A stretch of 63,510 nt of DNA, counting the filler, from Octopus bimaculoides (taxonomy: Eukaryota): assembly GCF_001194135.2 (NCBI RefSeq). It is 7 parts of 6 records of this genome, joined end to end, with 100 filler letters (N's around TTAATTAATTAA, not from the genome) between each part and the next. Parts side by side here need not be neighbours in the genome. Positions count along the whole stretch, not along the records: positions 49,223 to 59,571 come from NC_068987.1; positions 59,672 to 61,688 come from NW_026297195.1; positions 61,789 to 63,510 come from NW_026374901.1; 4 more parts are not named here. The stretch is one strand, 5' to 3'. The position numbers were made by a program, and so were the translations under genes. This document shows positions 52,096-63,510 of this stretch, piece by piece. The notes beneath the pieces are model-generated. The model did not search any database, had not been told where the DNA came from, and was given only the letters and a program-made list of their open reading frames with translations. Each line of letters begins with the position of its first letter. The stretch's first letter is position 1.

Positions 52096-52103
52096 AAAAG
52101 ATG
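52096..52103 (+). other. Candidate 8-nt micro-exon AAAAGATG
   Basis: ATTTCCTTTTTTTCAACAG|AAAAGATG|GTAAGT: near-perfect acceptor and donor 8 nt apart. No other support. Confidence 0.4.
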
Positions 52104-52166
52104 GTAAGTGGTGACAGGACCGACCCTACAGTTGCTTACGCCCTGGGAAAAACAGAGTTTTGGTGC

Positions 52167-52214
<48 letters not shown>

Positions 52215-52352
52215 ACACACAATTATATCTATCTATCTATCTATCTGTCTATCTTACTTTTTTCCTTTCTTTCTTTCTTTCTTTCTTTCTTTCTATGTGG
52301 GCATGTTTGTGTGCATGTGTGTGTGTGTGTGTGCGTGCATGTGTGTGCGTGC

Positions 52353-52388
<36 letters not shown>

Positions 52389-52689
52389 AACTTTGACCTT
52401 TCATAAATCCTAAATTTTATTTTAGAATTTATGGGAGCATCTGTCTTTGAAGACTCATATTGTTGAATGCTCGAAATGAGGAGTAGATAGACAGCCGACA
52501 ACTGATAAAGGGTCCTTTCTCTGTGTTTACTTGTCCTGTTTTCCATTTTTTTACTCGTTGTCTACGTTTTTCATTCGTTTCCTTCGTTTGTTTACGTATT
52601 TCATGTTATTTGCACCATTGGTGGCGTCCTGTACCCACATATTTATCATATATATACATACATGCATACATACACACACACACACACAT

Positions 52690-52850
52690 ACATACATACA
52701 TACATACATGCCAGGCTTCTTTCAGTTTCCGTCTACGAAATCCACTCACAAAGTTTTGGTCTGCCCGAGGCTATAGTAGAAAACACTTGCTCAAACTGTC
52801 ACGCAGTGGGACTGAACCTTAAACCACTTGGTTGGGAAGCTACGCATGCG
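52690..52850 (-). mobile_element. SINE family C, 5' half (another degenerate head at ~51500-51600)
   Basis: GGCTTCTTTCAGTTTCCGTCTACGAAATCCACTCACAAAG...ACGCAGTGGGACTGAACC. Confidence 0.85.
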
Positions 52851-53421
52851 CCTGTCGCCTTTTATTTCAAAGATCCCAAATACAAGGTATAGTGCTCCCA
52901 AGGACGTGACCGTGACACCCTGGACGATCGCCAGAGTTGTCGGTACATTGAGCCAGACTTGGGTGGTCGAGTCAGCTGATAATGCATGTACTGAGCCTGT
53001 TACTAACCAACTTATTCGTCGAATTCCAGTGATAGGATGATACAATAATGAAATTCCATGTCAATGAGATGCAGTTATAGAAAACTTTTGGCTATATTAT
53101 TTTATATGAAACGGGAGTATTTGTGAACTTTCATTATATCACTAATACTCCACCTTTTTATTGTTTCAAAAGCCTACGCTGTTTAATGTTCTACACTAAA
53201 CATTTTCTGCATGTGGCTAGAATTTATTCAAAGAATACATGTTTGCTGCATCTCTGACAAGTATTCATGCTACTCATCTTTCCATTCGTAAACGTATAAT
53301 TGGAAAGACTTATAAACTGATGTTAGGAACATATATTACTTGAGTTGTTCCATTTTGTGTAAAGTGCTTCAGATAAACATTTAAGAATTCAAATGACATC
53401 CTTGTCTTACCTTTTCTATCA

Positions 53422-53519
<98 letters not shown>

Positions 53520-54399
53520 CAACAACAACCATGGTCACTCCTCAATACTAACACAATCGATGATCTATTAAACTCTTCAATGAAGAGCCCTTCACTTTCC
53601 AGCTATCCACGTTTATCATTTCCTCTGAATACAATTGACTCCATCATCTTTATCTTTGCAATCATGTTCTACTACTATAATCCTTGGCACGCCTAAACAA
53701 CAACAACAACAGCACAAGACCAACATCCACAGTCACTCTTCAATACAAGTACAATTGATGATGACCTATTAAACAACGCAGTTCTTAGCTCTTCTCCGCA
53801 AGCCAGGTCACTCAAATTCCTCTCAGAATAACACAAAAGATCCATAATTACCATTGCCATCCTATTCTTCCGCTACTACTACTCCAATTAGTGAAGAATC
53901 ACTTCTTTCTCTCCCCCTCCCCGCCACTGTTCGCCTCAATAAATCTGCCAACTGTAGATAAAGTAAAATTATGAACACGCGAAACCCCAAAATATGCTGC
54001 TATTCTCAACGCGAGAGACTATGCATACACAGTGACTGCAACTAAAATCCTAAAATCTGCTGCTATTCCAAATTCGATAAATTGTGTCTGAAATGTGACT
54101 GTCTCTTCGCTCATCTTCCAGGGACACGACGCACTATTAAAAGCATGACTCCAAGCCACCACCAAATCCTTAGCAGAAACATTCCTTACAGTGGCAGTGT
54201 TGATCCAGACTTCCACCGAAACCCAGAAGTCACCCAGATATCCATCGGATACAATAGTAAAATCAACACCAGCAAACCATATAACTACAACCATATTCAA
54301 CAGTGCCACCATAACACCTCCAGACAACAACTCAATGATTATAATGAATGTACAATGTCTTTCACACTTCACAAATCTTACAGCTATTAATGATGTAAA

Positions 54400-55148
54400 T
54401 TCAAAGTTAACATCTGGATCAGATGATCTCCCAGCCATACTGTTAAAAACGTGAAAAAAAAAACAACCTTGTGAAACTATTAAAAATACTATTTCAAAAG
54501 TCGCTAGAAACCGGCATATTCTCAAAACTACTGAAAGACCCAATAGAAAGTAGCAGGGATGAAGCTAAAAATTACAGACCTGTTTTACTCACATCTCACA
54601 CACCTAAAATTATCAAAAGTATTGTCCGAAAAAGAATATTTACATACCTTGAGGAAAACAATCTCTTAGATGACACACAACATGGTTTTTAACAGGACGA
54701 AGTTGCCTGTCACAACTATTACAGTACCATAACACTATTCTCAACAATCTCTTGGATATACTGACTGTATATACCTTGTATTCACTGACTGTATACACCT
54801 TGATTTTGCTAAGGCCTTTGACAAGATTGTCCGTGAAATCAGCTGTCATAAATCAAGAAATCACAGGAAAACTCGGAGAATAGCTCTTTGACTTCATACA
54901 CAGTAGGAGTCAATATGTTACTGCAAATGGCTTTCTCTCTGCTAAGTCAAATGTAATAATTGGTATACCCCAGGGAACGGTTCTAGGACCATTATTATAT
55001 ATCATCACTGTATCAGGTATAGCGTTACAAGTTACGCTAGTGACGCACAAATATCGATCGTTACCCAAGCTCCCGAAGACATCACACTCCAAAATGAACT
55101 AAACCTCATTTGTCAATGAGCAAATAAAAATAATATGAAACTTAATAT
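54400..55148 (+). mobile_element. CR1-like reverse transcriptase, N-terminal part (decayed)
   Basis: EAKNYRPVLLTSHTPKII...NLLDDTQHGF..GRSCLSQLL...DFAKAFDK...GIPQGTVLGPLL...YASDAQI (decayed YADD)...NNMKLN. Confidence 0.88.
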
Positions 55149-55483
55149 ATCATAACGGTGGAATTGTTATAACGGCTGATTGGTTTCCACTTTTATAATT
55201 ATAATGCGGTGTTTTATCTTATTTATATAGTTTCTATTTGGAATAGATAATAAATATATTTTATTTCTTGAGTAAAAATCTATATTGATAAACCCGTCAC
55301 TTATAACTTAATTATAAGTATTATCACTATACATAAAGCTCAAATCAAGATACATAATGATAAGTATATAGGTGTAGTGAAACTACCTCCTGCCATTAGA
55401 TACAAACTACTATCGCCATTACATACATCTTCTCATTTAAATATAAATAAATGCGAGCGTAGTAGAGAACCCATTCCTTGTCC

Positions 55484-55581
55484 ATCACGTGACTGATCAT
55501 TATTCGAATCGGCAACTTCTTCGAACCGTTCCCGCCAGAACGCAAACTGACCAATCACGACCCCTAATAAGGTCACGTGAT
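55484..55581. promoter_or_regulatory. Cluster of promoter-like motifs (two E-boxes, E2F-like site, CCAAT box)
   Basis: ATCACGTGAC (55484-55493), TTCCCGCC (55529-55536), TGACCAATCA (55548-55557) and GTCACGTGAT (55572-55581) in a CpG-rich patch. Confidence 0.45.
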
Positions 55582-56992
55582 AGAGTAAAATTCTGAAGGC
55601 ATTTGGAGCCCTCTTAACGCTATATATAGATCAACTCATACCCAATAATTTGTCTCGGTCCAGTTTCTCTTTGAGAACTGTTCCGTGTACCACACGACAG
55701 CAGCAGCAGTNNNNNNNNNNNNNNNNNNNNNNNNNNNNNNNNNNNNNNNNNNNNNNNNNNNNNNNNNNNNNNNNNNNNNNNNNNNNNNNNNNNNNNNNNN
55801 NNNNNNNNNNNNNNNNNNNNNNNNNNNNNNNNNNNNNNNNNNNNNNNNNNNNNNNNNNNNNNNNNNNNNNNNNNNNNNNNNNNNNNNNNNNNNNNNNNNN
55901 NNNNNNNNNNNNNNNNNNNNNNNNNNNNNNNNNNNNNNNNNNNNNNNNNNNNNNNNNNNNNNNNNNNNNNNNNNNNNNNNNNNNNNNNNNNNNNNNNNNN
56001 NNNNNNNNNNNNNNNNNNNNNNNNNNNNNNNNNNNNNNNNNNNNNNNNNNNNNNNNNNNNNNNNNNNNNNNNNNNNNNNNNACATACTTTTCTTTGTACG
56101 ACGGCCTGTCTTTGATTATGTTCTTATATGTCGCATTCACACTCTCACACAGACATACATCTTTAACACTACAATAAATATCTCTGTTATTCATCTAATA
56201 CGGTTGTGGTCTTTCATTACTGGTCATCTATGTTATCGTAGCATAACATATTATCATCTATATCATCTTTGATATAATATATTTGTATGTTCGACCGTGT
56301 GACACGTTTAAATAAAAGGAGTCCTGTTTTTCCATTCGTCACCATTTCTCCTTTTATGAGTTCGCACGGTCGTCCCTTACATATATCAAGACGCTTGAAA
56401 GGACATATTGAATGTGCATGTTTGTTGAAGATAAGTTCGTGTTCTTTTTCGCCGCTATAAAAATAGTTTCATAATTTCAGAAATAAATTTCATTAACAGG
56501 TTGAAAAGAAGCGAAGAAAGAGAAAATATTTACTACATTGGTTTATTTATGTACATTTAATTTGTCGTAGAGAGTTACGACATAAATTTATTACTACCTA
56601 ATTCCTTCATGCTAACTATCAGAGTTTACACAACAATTCAAATAAGTCTTGTTGGGCTTTAAGTAATAGACATGGCATAAAAATAGCCAATATCTCGAAG
56701 GAGTGAGTGTCGTGAAGTTTATTAACAACCAACGATCACTATTGTGAGTGTTCTGAAGTTTAGTAGCAACCAACGATCACTGATTAATTTCCCCCAAATC
56801 AGGGTTTTTATAACTGCTCATACCTGAATTCTAAGAACCGTATTTCGTGAAAGAATTCTCTTTGACGAAAATTTAGAATTCAAATATGGGCAGTTAATTT
56901 TAACCAATGGGAAACCAACAATTATACTTGTTCGGGAAACATTACCATTACGTCATATTACCACCTTTTACGACTTGCTTGCTGTTCGCTAC

Positions 56993-57560
56993 AATATCGA
57001 AATTCCAGGTTCTTCATTACGGAGGGAATATACACGAATCACAATATTTGACACCAGTTTACACAATGATTCAGAACGCTAATGACAAACGGGTCTTAGG
57101 AATAATTATGTCAAGTGATGCATCTTTCATTAGCCACATCACCAAACTGACCTCTAAATGCAGACATCTCACAGGATGGATCTTACGAACCTTCGTAACA
57201 AGAGAATCGGTCACTATGGAAAACCTTAGTTCTGAGCAGATTAGATTACTGCTCACAGCTTTGGTCTCTTAACTCATCCTGTCTCATAGGAGAAATTAAA
57301 GGGTTAAAAAAACATTCATCAGTAAAATAATTTCGGTTAAAAGCTTTAATTGCTGGGGGCATTTGAAAGCGTTACGTCTCTACTCTCTTTAATGTCGAAG
57401 AGAGAGATATACTATCTCCTGGAGGTGCATGTTTCAAAGTTCGGCATTAGAGAGAACTTTAACGCACGGACTGACAAATACTGTCAGCTTCCAAATATGT
57501 CACCTTCGAGATCACGAGCAAAAGCATTTTATTGTATCAATCAGATATTTAGAGGTTCTT
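56993..57560 (+). mobile_element. CR1-like reverse transcriptase, C-terminal continuation
   Basis: KFQVLHYGG...RVLGIIMSSDASFISHITKLTSKCRHLTGWILRTF...RLDYCSQLWS...LKALRLYSL, colinear with the 54400-55148 fragment. Confidence 0.85.
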
Positions 57561-57908
57561 AACTTTTGACTAAATCAGGATCTTGCCTTCACAAATCTAT
57601 TTTTGTACTACCATCTGCTGAAAGTAGTATAAACAAGCCGAATGTGATTAATGATATTGACAAGCAATCTATTGTACCATGATCCCACGACCTGCAGCCA
57701 GTAAATTCTTGTTATGTAATTCCTAATAATGTAAATCATAATGTGCAGGTTGACGCGGCTAATATAAAAAAATTACAATAACAACTCAAACAATATAAAC
57801 ACAGCTTCTGATAGCAACTGTTGTATCTACATAGACTTTAACAGTATTACACGCGACAGTTTAACTGATGAGTATAATATCGCCGTTGAATCTTGTGATA
57901 ATAATAAC

Positions 57909-58330
57909 ATGATTACCTATAATAAATGTAATTGTAGAGATAGAAACCAATGTCCGCTTCAGGATCGATGTCTAGGCAAAATTGTGGTATATGAGTGTAC
58001 CGTAATGACAGACACTAATCCTTTCACTTATATCAGTTGTTCTGCTGACCTAAAGAAGCGATTGTGCAATCATTTCTCTTCTTTTAAACTCAGACATAAA
58101 GGTAGTAGCACATCATTATTCACAAAAATTTGGGAACGTAAGGATAATAATATTAAGTTCGACATAATGTGGTGCATGATTCGTAGAGCTCAAACATACT
58201 CCAATCGCGGGTGTGGATGTGGACTGTGCTGTATGGAGCTATATGAAATATCAAAAAATAGGAACAATGATAATTTAATTAATAATAAATTAGATAGTGC
58301 ATTCACAAAATCCTTTGTACTTTTAAATAC
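57909..58330 (+). mobile_element. Penelope-like GIY-YIG endonuclease fragment (Cys-rich type)
   Basis: CNCRDRNQCPLQDRCLGKIVVYECTV...YISCSADLKKRLCNHFSSFK...STSLFTKIWERK...AQTYSN...CGLCCMELYEI. Confidence 0.8.
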
Positions 58331-59924
58331 TTTAAAAGTATTACATAACCCTCAAGCCCCTGTTTTATCTAACCATCTGGCCACTCTACTCTCTCTTTAA
58401 CTTCTATCACGGTCTGTATTGTAAAATTGCCAATGCGGTTATATAGTAAAAGATTACCTAGCCTCTTAGACCCCCACCCCCAACTGAACTCTTATTTTAG
58501 TTAATTATAATTTGATTACTCTAATATACCTATGTTATAGCTATTTTAATTGGTACTAAAGACGTGTCTATAACGTAATAGATTACCTAATTGTTTTGGC
58601 CTCCTACCATACCGTTATTGTATTTTATTACATTTAATTATATCTCAGTATTTTATCATACTCACGTACTTAATATCTTATACCTGTATTAACTGAAAAT
58701 ATAATTAAAAGCTTGCTCTGTGCCTGCAACTACGTAATTGATCCTAGTTCGAGTTTTATTTCATCAATTTTAAAGATTGTTTTATATACTCTGAGTTTGT
58801 TTTTAAATATATTTTATATATATTACATTTTTATCATATTGCTGTATTATTGTAACAATTCTGCATTACTCAATGTGTACTTTATTATATTTTATTATAA
58901 TGCATACCTTATTATACTTATAAACTAGTAATACTACTTTGCATTTTCATTTTACTACTATTAACGCGTGCATTTCTACTATTTTTTTTATTTATATCGG
59001 ATTATTTATAATCTATGATACGAAATACTTTATATATTATGTACTCACATCCCTTATGTTGTATGCAATATGTATAAGTACTTACTTTTCGATTTATTTC
59101 ACACATTTTAAATTCATAATATAAATGCCTCTATTACTACGGTTGGCCTTATCCATTTTATACGCCTCATATCGCGGCTAAGAAATTTATACCACACTTC
59201 TTTTCATGTTTTCTTATTTTTCGTATATTTTTGATTCATCTTACAACATTATACTTATTTACTGAATTATGATTATTATATATTCTATTATTATTCTTTT
59301 TTCCAATTCATTTTTTACACGTTATTGTATTTTATTCTATTACATTATTTTATTTCATTATGCTGTTTATAACTACTTTTTAATTATTTTAAAAATTTTA
59401 TAAGTTTCTTTGCATAGTCACTATTTACCATTTCCACTTTTTATTATTATCCAATTTTCTTGTTGTTGTTATCATTATTATGTAGGGTTGAGCTGCTTCG
59501 CTATCTGATTTCCTCCTACCCCATCTTCTAACCTCTTTCATTGCTATAAATCCTCATTGTCCCCCCCCCCCNNNNNNNNNNNNNNNNNNNNNNNNNNNNN
59601 NNNNNNNNNNNNNNNTTAATTAATTAANNNNNNNNNNNNNNNNNNNNNNNNNNNNNNNNNNNNNNNNNNNNAAGAACGACCCTTCATCATTTGTCAGCTG
59701 TACTTCTACTCCTCATTTCAAACACTGAACGAAAATAGGTGTCTTCGAAGGGCAGTTGGTCCTGCAAACCAAATCACAATTTGGAATTTGCAGAGGGTCA
59801 AAGTTGGTAACAAAAACAAGACAGTGGAGTCATACAAAGAAACTGAACGAAACAAACATGGAGGGTCGTTAGTCGAGACATTATAAATTATTTTCAGGAT
59901 CCAACGGAATCTAGGTATTTTAAT

Positions 59925-60145
59925 AATACTTTCTGTTATAAGCACAAGGCCTGAAATTTGTGGGGTGGGGGTAAGTCGATCACATTGCCCCCCATCACTT
60001 AACTGGTTCTTAATTTATCGATTACGAAAGGACGAAACTCAAAGTCGAGCTTGGTGGAATTTGAACTCAGAATATAAAGATGAGCGATATACCACTAAGT
60101 ATTTTGCCCGTCGTGCTAACCATTCAGCCATGTCACTGCCTTAAA
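59925..60145 (-). mobile_element. SINE family B
   Basis: AAGCACAAGGCCTGAAATTTG...GGAATTTGAACTCAGAAT...GTGCTAACCATTCAGCC. Confidence 0.85.
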
Positions 60146-61074
60146 GGTATTTTAATAATAAGGATACCAAGACAGGGTTCAGTACAGTATATCCGCGTAT
60201 CAACGGTATATGTGGACATTGATGTAAATACTAATGTATAGACAGACTTGTTCTTTCACTTACAGCTACATTCACATGGACAGACCAATCGATATAAGTT
60301 CCCATGTATATGTTAACAAGCACAAAGGTATGCTCAGGCATGCAGTGAACATTCCACTTTAAGTTCCAGATCCAATGTAGGGAAGGCCCCCAAAGTGGTG
60401 TAGTATAAATCAGAGCACAAATGGGTTTCATACACATTTTATATTTATGAAGAAATCAATTATATAATGAATAAAAAAAAGCATTTTCCTCATTTGAATT
60501 AAAATTAAAATTTGAATACAATATTTAGGATTCTGCTCATGTGGCACGTAGGAAGCTTCCACTCAAACTGCCCAACGCATGTCATCTTGGAAAACGGACG
60601 TTAAACAATGATAGAGATTATGTATGACCCCCNNNNNNNNNNNNNNNNNNNNNNNNNNNNNNNNNNNNNNNNNNNNNNNNNNNNNNNNNNNNNNNNNNNN
60701 NNNNNNNNNNNNNNNNNNNNNNNNNNNNNNNNNNNNNNNNNNNNNNNNNNNNNNNNNNNNNNNNNNNNNNNNNNNNNNNNNNNNNNNNNNNNNNNNNNNN
60801 NNNNNNNNNNNNNNNNNNNNNNNNNNNNNNNNNNNNNNNNNNNNNNNNNNNNNNNNNNNNNNNNNNNNNNNNNNNNNNNNNNNNNNNNNNNNNNNNNNNN
60901 NNNNNNNNNNNNNNNNNNNNNNNNNNNNNNNNNNNNNNNNNNNNNNNNNNNNNNNNNNNNNNNNNNNNNNNNNNNNNNNNNNNNNNNNNNNNNNNNNNNN
61001 NNNNNNNNNNNNNNNNNNNNNNNNNNNNNNNNNNNNNNNNNNNNNNNNNNNNNNNNNNNNNNNNNNNNNNNNNN

Positions 61075-61260
61075 CATCATCACCATCATCATCGTCGTCA
61101 TCATCGTTTAAAGTCTGCATTCCACGCTGGCATGGGTGGGATGGTTTGACAAGAACCGGCCAGGTAGAAGCCTGCACCAAAGTTCTGTAACTGTTTTGGC
61201 AGGATTTTTACAGCTGGATGCTCTTCCTAGCACCAACCATTCAACAGAGTGGACTTAGTG
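61075..61260 (-). mobile_element. Retroposon 3' end with (GAT)n tail (RTE-type tail, tentative)
   Basis: Minus strand ...CCCATGCCAGCGTGGAATGCAGACTTTAAACGATGATGAC. A similar tail on the plus strand at ~60575-60615 reads TGGAAAACGGACGTTAAACAATGAT. Confidence 0.55.
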
Positions 61261-61958
61261 CTTTTTATGTGGCACAAGCAGAGACGAGGTCAGTTTTAGT
61301 AACCCTAAAGATATCCATATAAACACACACACTCACAACCATGCGGAGATGTTCGCCCACAAAGGCACACATGCACCTATGCCCCAACAGTACAAGATGG
61401 GTCAAATAAAGTGAATTCCACTTTCTTTCATATTTTATAAAATCTACAGACATGAAGAAAATACTGAAGTATTGGGTCCTCCCATAAACAAATTTTAAGT
61501 TCAATTTCATGAACTAATAGTCGGAGGAGGACGGGTTAAACTACCTGCATCAACTTGCTATAAAAACAGGTAGTAATTTTACATTGTGCTTATTCTTAGT
61601 GCAAGCTGTGAAAAATGCAGTTCGATTTTAACAGTTAATTTTTCAAAACTGTAATAGAAGTGACAAAAGAGCATATTCGGCATATTTTNNNNNNNNNNNN
61701 NNNNNNNNNNNNNNNNNNNNNNNNNNNNNNNNTTAATTAATTAANNNNNNNNNNNNNNNNNNNNNNNNNNNNNNNNNNNNNNNNNNNNAATATTAGTTTA
61801 AAATGGAAAAGCTGAGGAATATAATCTGAAGAAAACATAAAATATTTAGAAATGTATCTGCAGTGGCATATTATGAGGGACATGGGGCAAATTGTAAGTG
61901 TTGTAAGCTGGTTATGTTTATAGAGAGAATGGAATAGGTGACTATATTATAAATATTT

Positions 61959-62873
61959 ATAAAGGGTCATCCCATTAATAATGCGGGTTTTTATACGTCT
62001 TATTTTTTTCGAAATTAAGATGACGTTCTTTTTTAATCTTAAATACACTCTCCTCCATTTTCTACAATGCTCTTTCCATCTACCTGGTGCAAGTCCTCTT
62101 TTCCAAAATTCACTTGTCCCTCGCGAAAAATATTCCTCCAGTAACGTTCTGACTTCGTCTACATAATTCATTTTTTNNNNNNNNNNCCGTCCAGATTACT
62201 TTGAAGACTGCGAAATAGAGGATAATCAGATGGGGCAATGTCCGGCGATTATGTTGTGTGGGTCATTGTTTCCCATCCAAACTGCTCCAGCTTTTGGAAT
62301 GTCATCCTCGCTGTATGTGGCCGAGCANNNNNNNNNNNNNNNNNNNNNNNNNNNNNNNNNNNNNNNNNNNNNNNNNNNNNNNNNNNNNNNNNNNNNNNNN
62401 NNNNNNNNNNNNNNNNNNNNNNNNNNNNNNNNNNNNNNNNNNNNCCAAATCCAGGCTTCTCTCCTTGTTCCACTAGGGTTTGCAGGGTGTCCTCCTCGCC
62501 ATCTACAAAACTTCTAGGACGAGGCTCGTCTTTTACGCTGTAGTTTTTGGCTTGGGATTTCTGGAACCACTGCTGATACTGGCTTGCGCTTATTGTCCTA
62601 TCCCCATAAACTGCACTAANNNNNNNNNNNNNNNNNNNNNNNNNNNNNNNNNNNNNNNNNNCATGAAGCAAAATATGCCGAAAATGTTCCTTTGTCACTA
62701 CCATTATAGCTGTGACAAAATAACTCTTAAAATAGAAGTGCACTCTTCAAAACTCCGTGGTAAAATTATTACCTGCTTTTATAGCAAGTTTATAGAGGTA
62801 GTTTATCTCGTCCCACTGCGACTTTTATTTCATGCAACTGGAAACACGACATTATTTATGGGATGACCCAATA
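61959..62873 (-). mobile_element. Mariner transposon (Hsmar1/SETMAR-like type), deleted and gapped
   Basis: VTKEHFRHILL...AVYGDRTISASQYQQWFQK...YSVKDEPRP...RPHTARMTFQKLEQFGWETM. The TIRs are GGGTCATCCCATTAATAATG and CATTATTTATGGGATGACCCAATA. Confidence 0.88.
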
Positions 62874-63510
62874 TTTATATGTTCGACTTCCATATATACA
62901 GGCTGTATTACATAAATTAACTAAATTGAATGGAGAAATTGGAGTTGGATACAAAAATTTGAAGGAAAAGACGATAAGAAAATAAGAGGAAAAAAATTCA
63001 CGACGGGAATGGATAACTAAGGGGGAGGTAAAACATATCGATAGGAATTATATAGTCAAATATACATACGCCGACACTCACACACATAGGAACATACATA
63101 TTACATTTCTATTAATATGTTTTGATAAAGACACATAAAATCACAGTTGTACTCATTCTCACACACAATAAGAACAAGATAATGCAAATATAGGAACAGA
63201 AAATGAGTAAGAGTGAAAAGAAAAGAGAGTGAAAGAGAAACGAGAAGACATTAAGTATGTAGAAATATTACATTCATAACGTTGTGTGAAGAAAAGTAAA
63301 CAAACTTACAATTTCTCTAAAAATGGAAGACCTTTGAAGGTCCCTTTTTTAATATGCGAAATATTATTTCTGTGAAGAGATCTNNNNNNNNNNNNNNNNN
63401 NNAATGTTAAGATAGAAAATATTTATAACAAGATATAAAATAACTTTTCTTTAAAGTGGAAAAATGGATGAGAAGACAAATTGGATGAAAAGAGGTTTAA
63501 TAATAACAAT

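Overview
AT-rich, microsatellite-dense, gapped animal genomic DNA. The SINE, LINE and MITE content points to a cephalopod, probably Octopus (inferred from recalled repeat families, not from a search). Most of the window is decayed mobile DNA: R4/Dong-like and CR1-like LINE fragments, two Penelope-like fragments with GIY-YIG domains, two internally deleted mariner elements, hAT and Tc2/pogo-like MITEs, and at least four tRNA-derived SINE families (called A-D here). Nearly all ORFs in the supplied track are microsatellite or N-gap artefacts. The one convincing host coding signal is a + strand spliced gene for a secreted protein with a signal peptide and seven GDQT(R/Q)NG heptad repeats (coding 25091-25352). 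It has a probable TATA box and short leader exon, and a frame-preserving 21-nt micro-exon (26678-26698); its 3' end could not be located. Other highlights are a Penelope terminus carrying a tRNA-like Pol III promoter just upstream of a minimal hammerhead ribozyme fold, and a SINE/CR1 shared 3' tail with a compensated hairpin. No rRNA, intact tRNA, CRISPR array or intact transposase/RT ORF was found. Repeat boundaries are approximate unless TSDs or TIRs are quoted.
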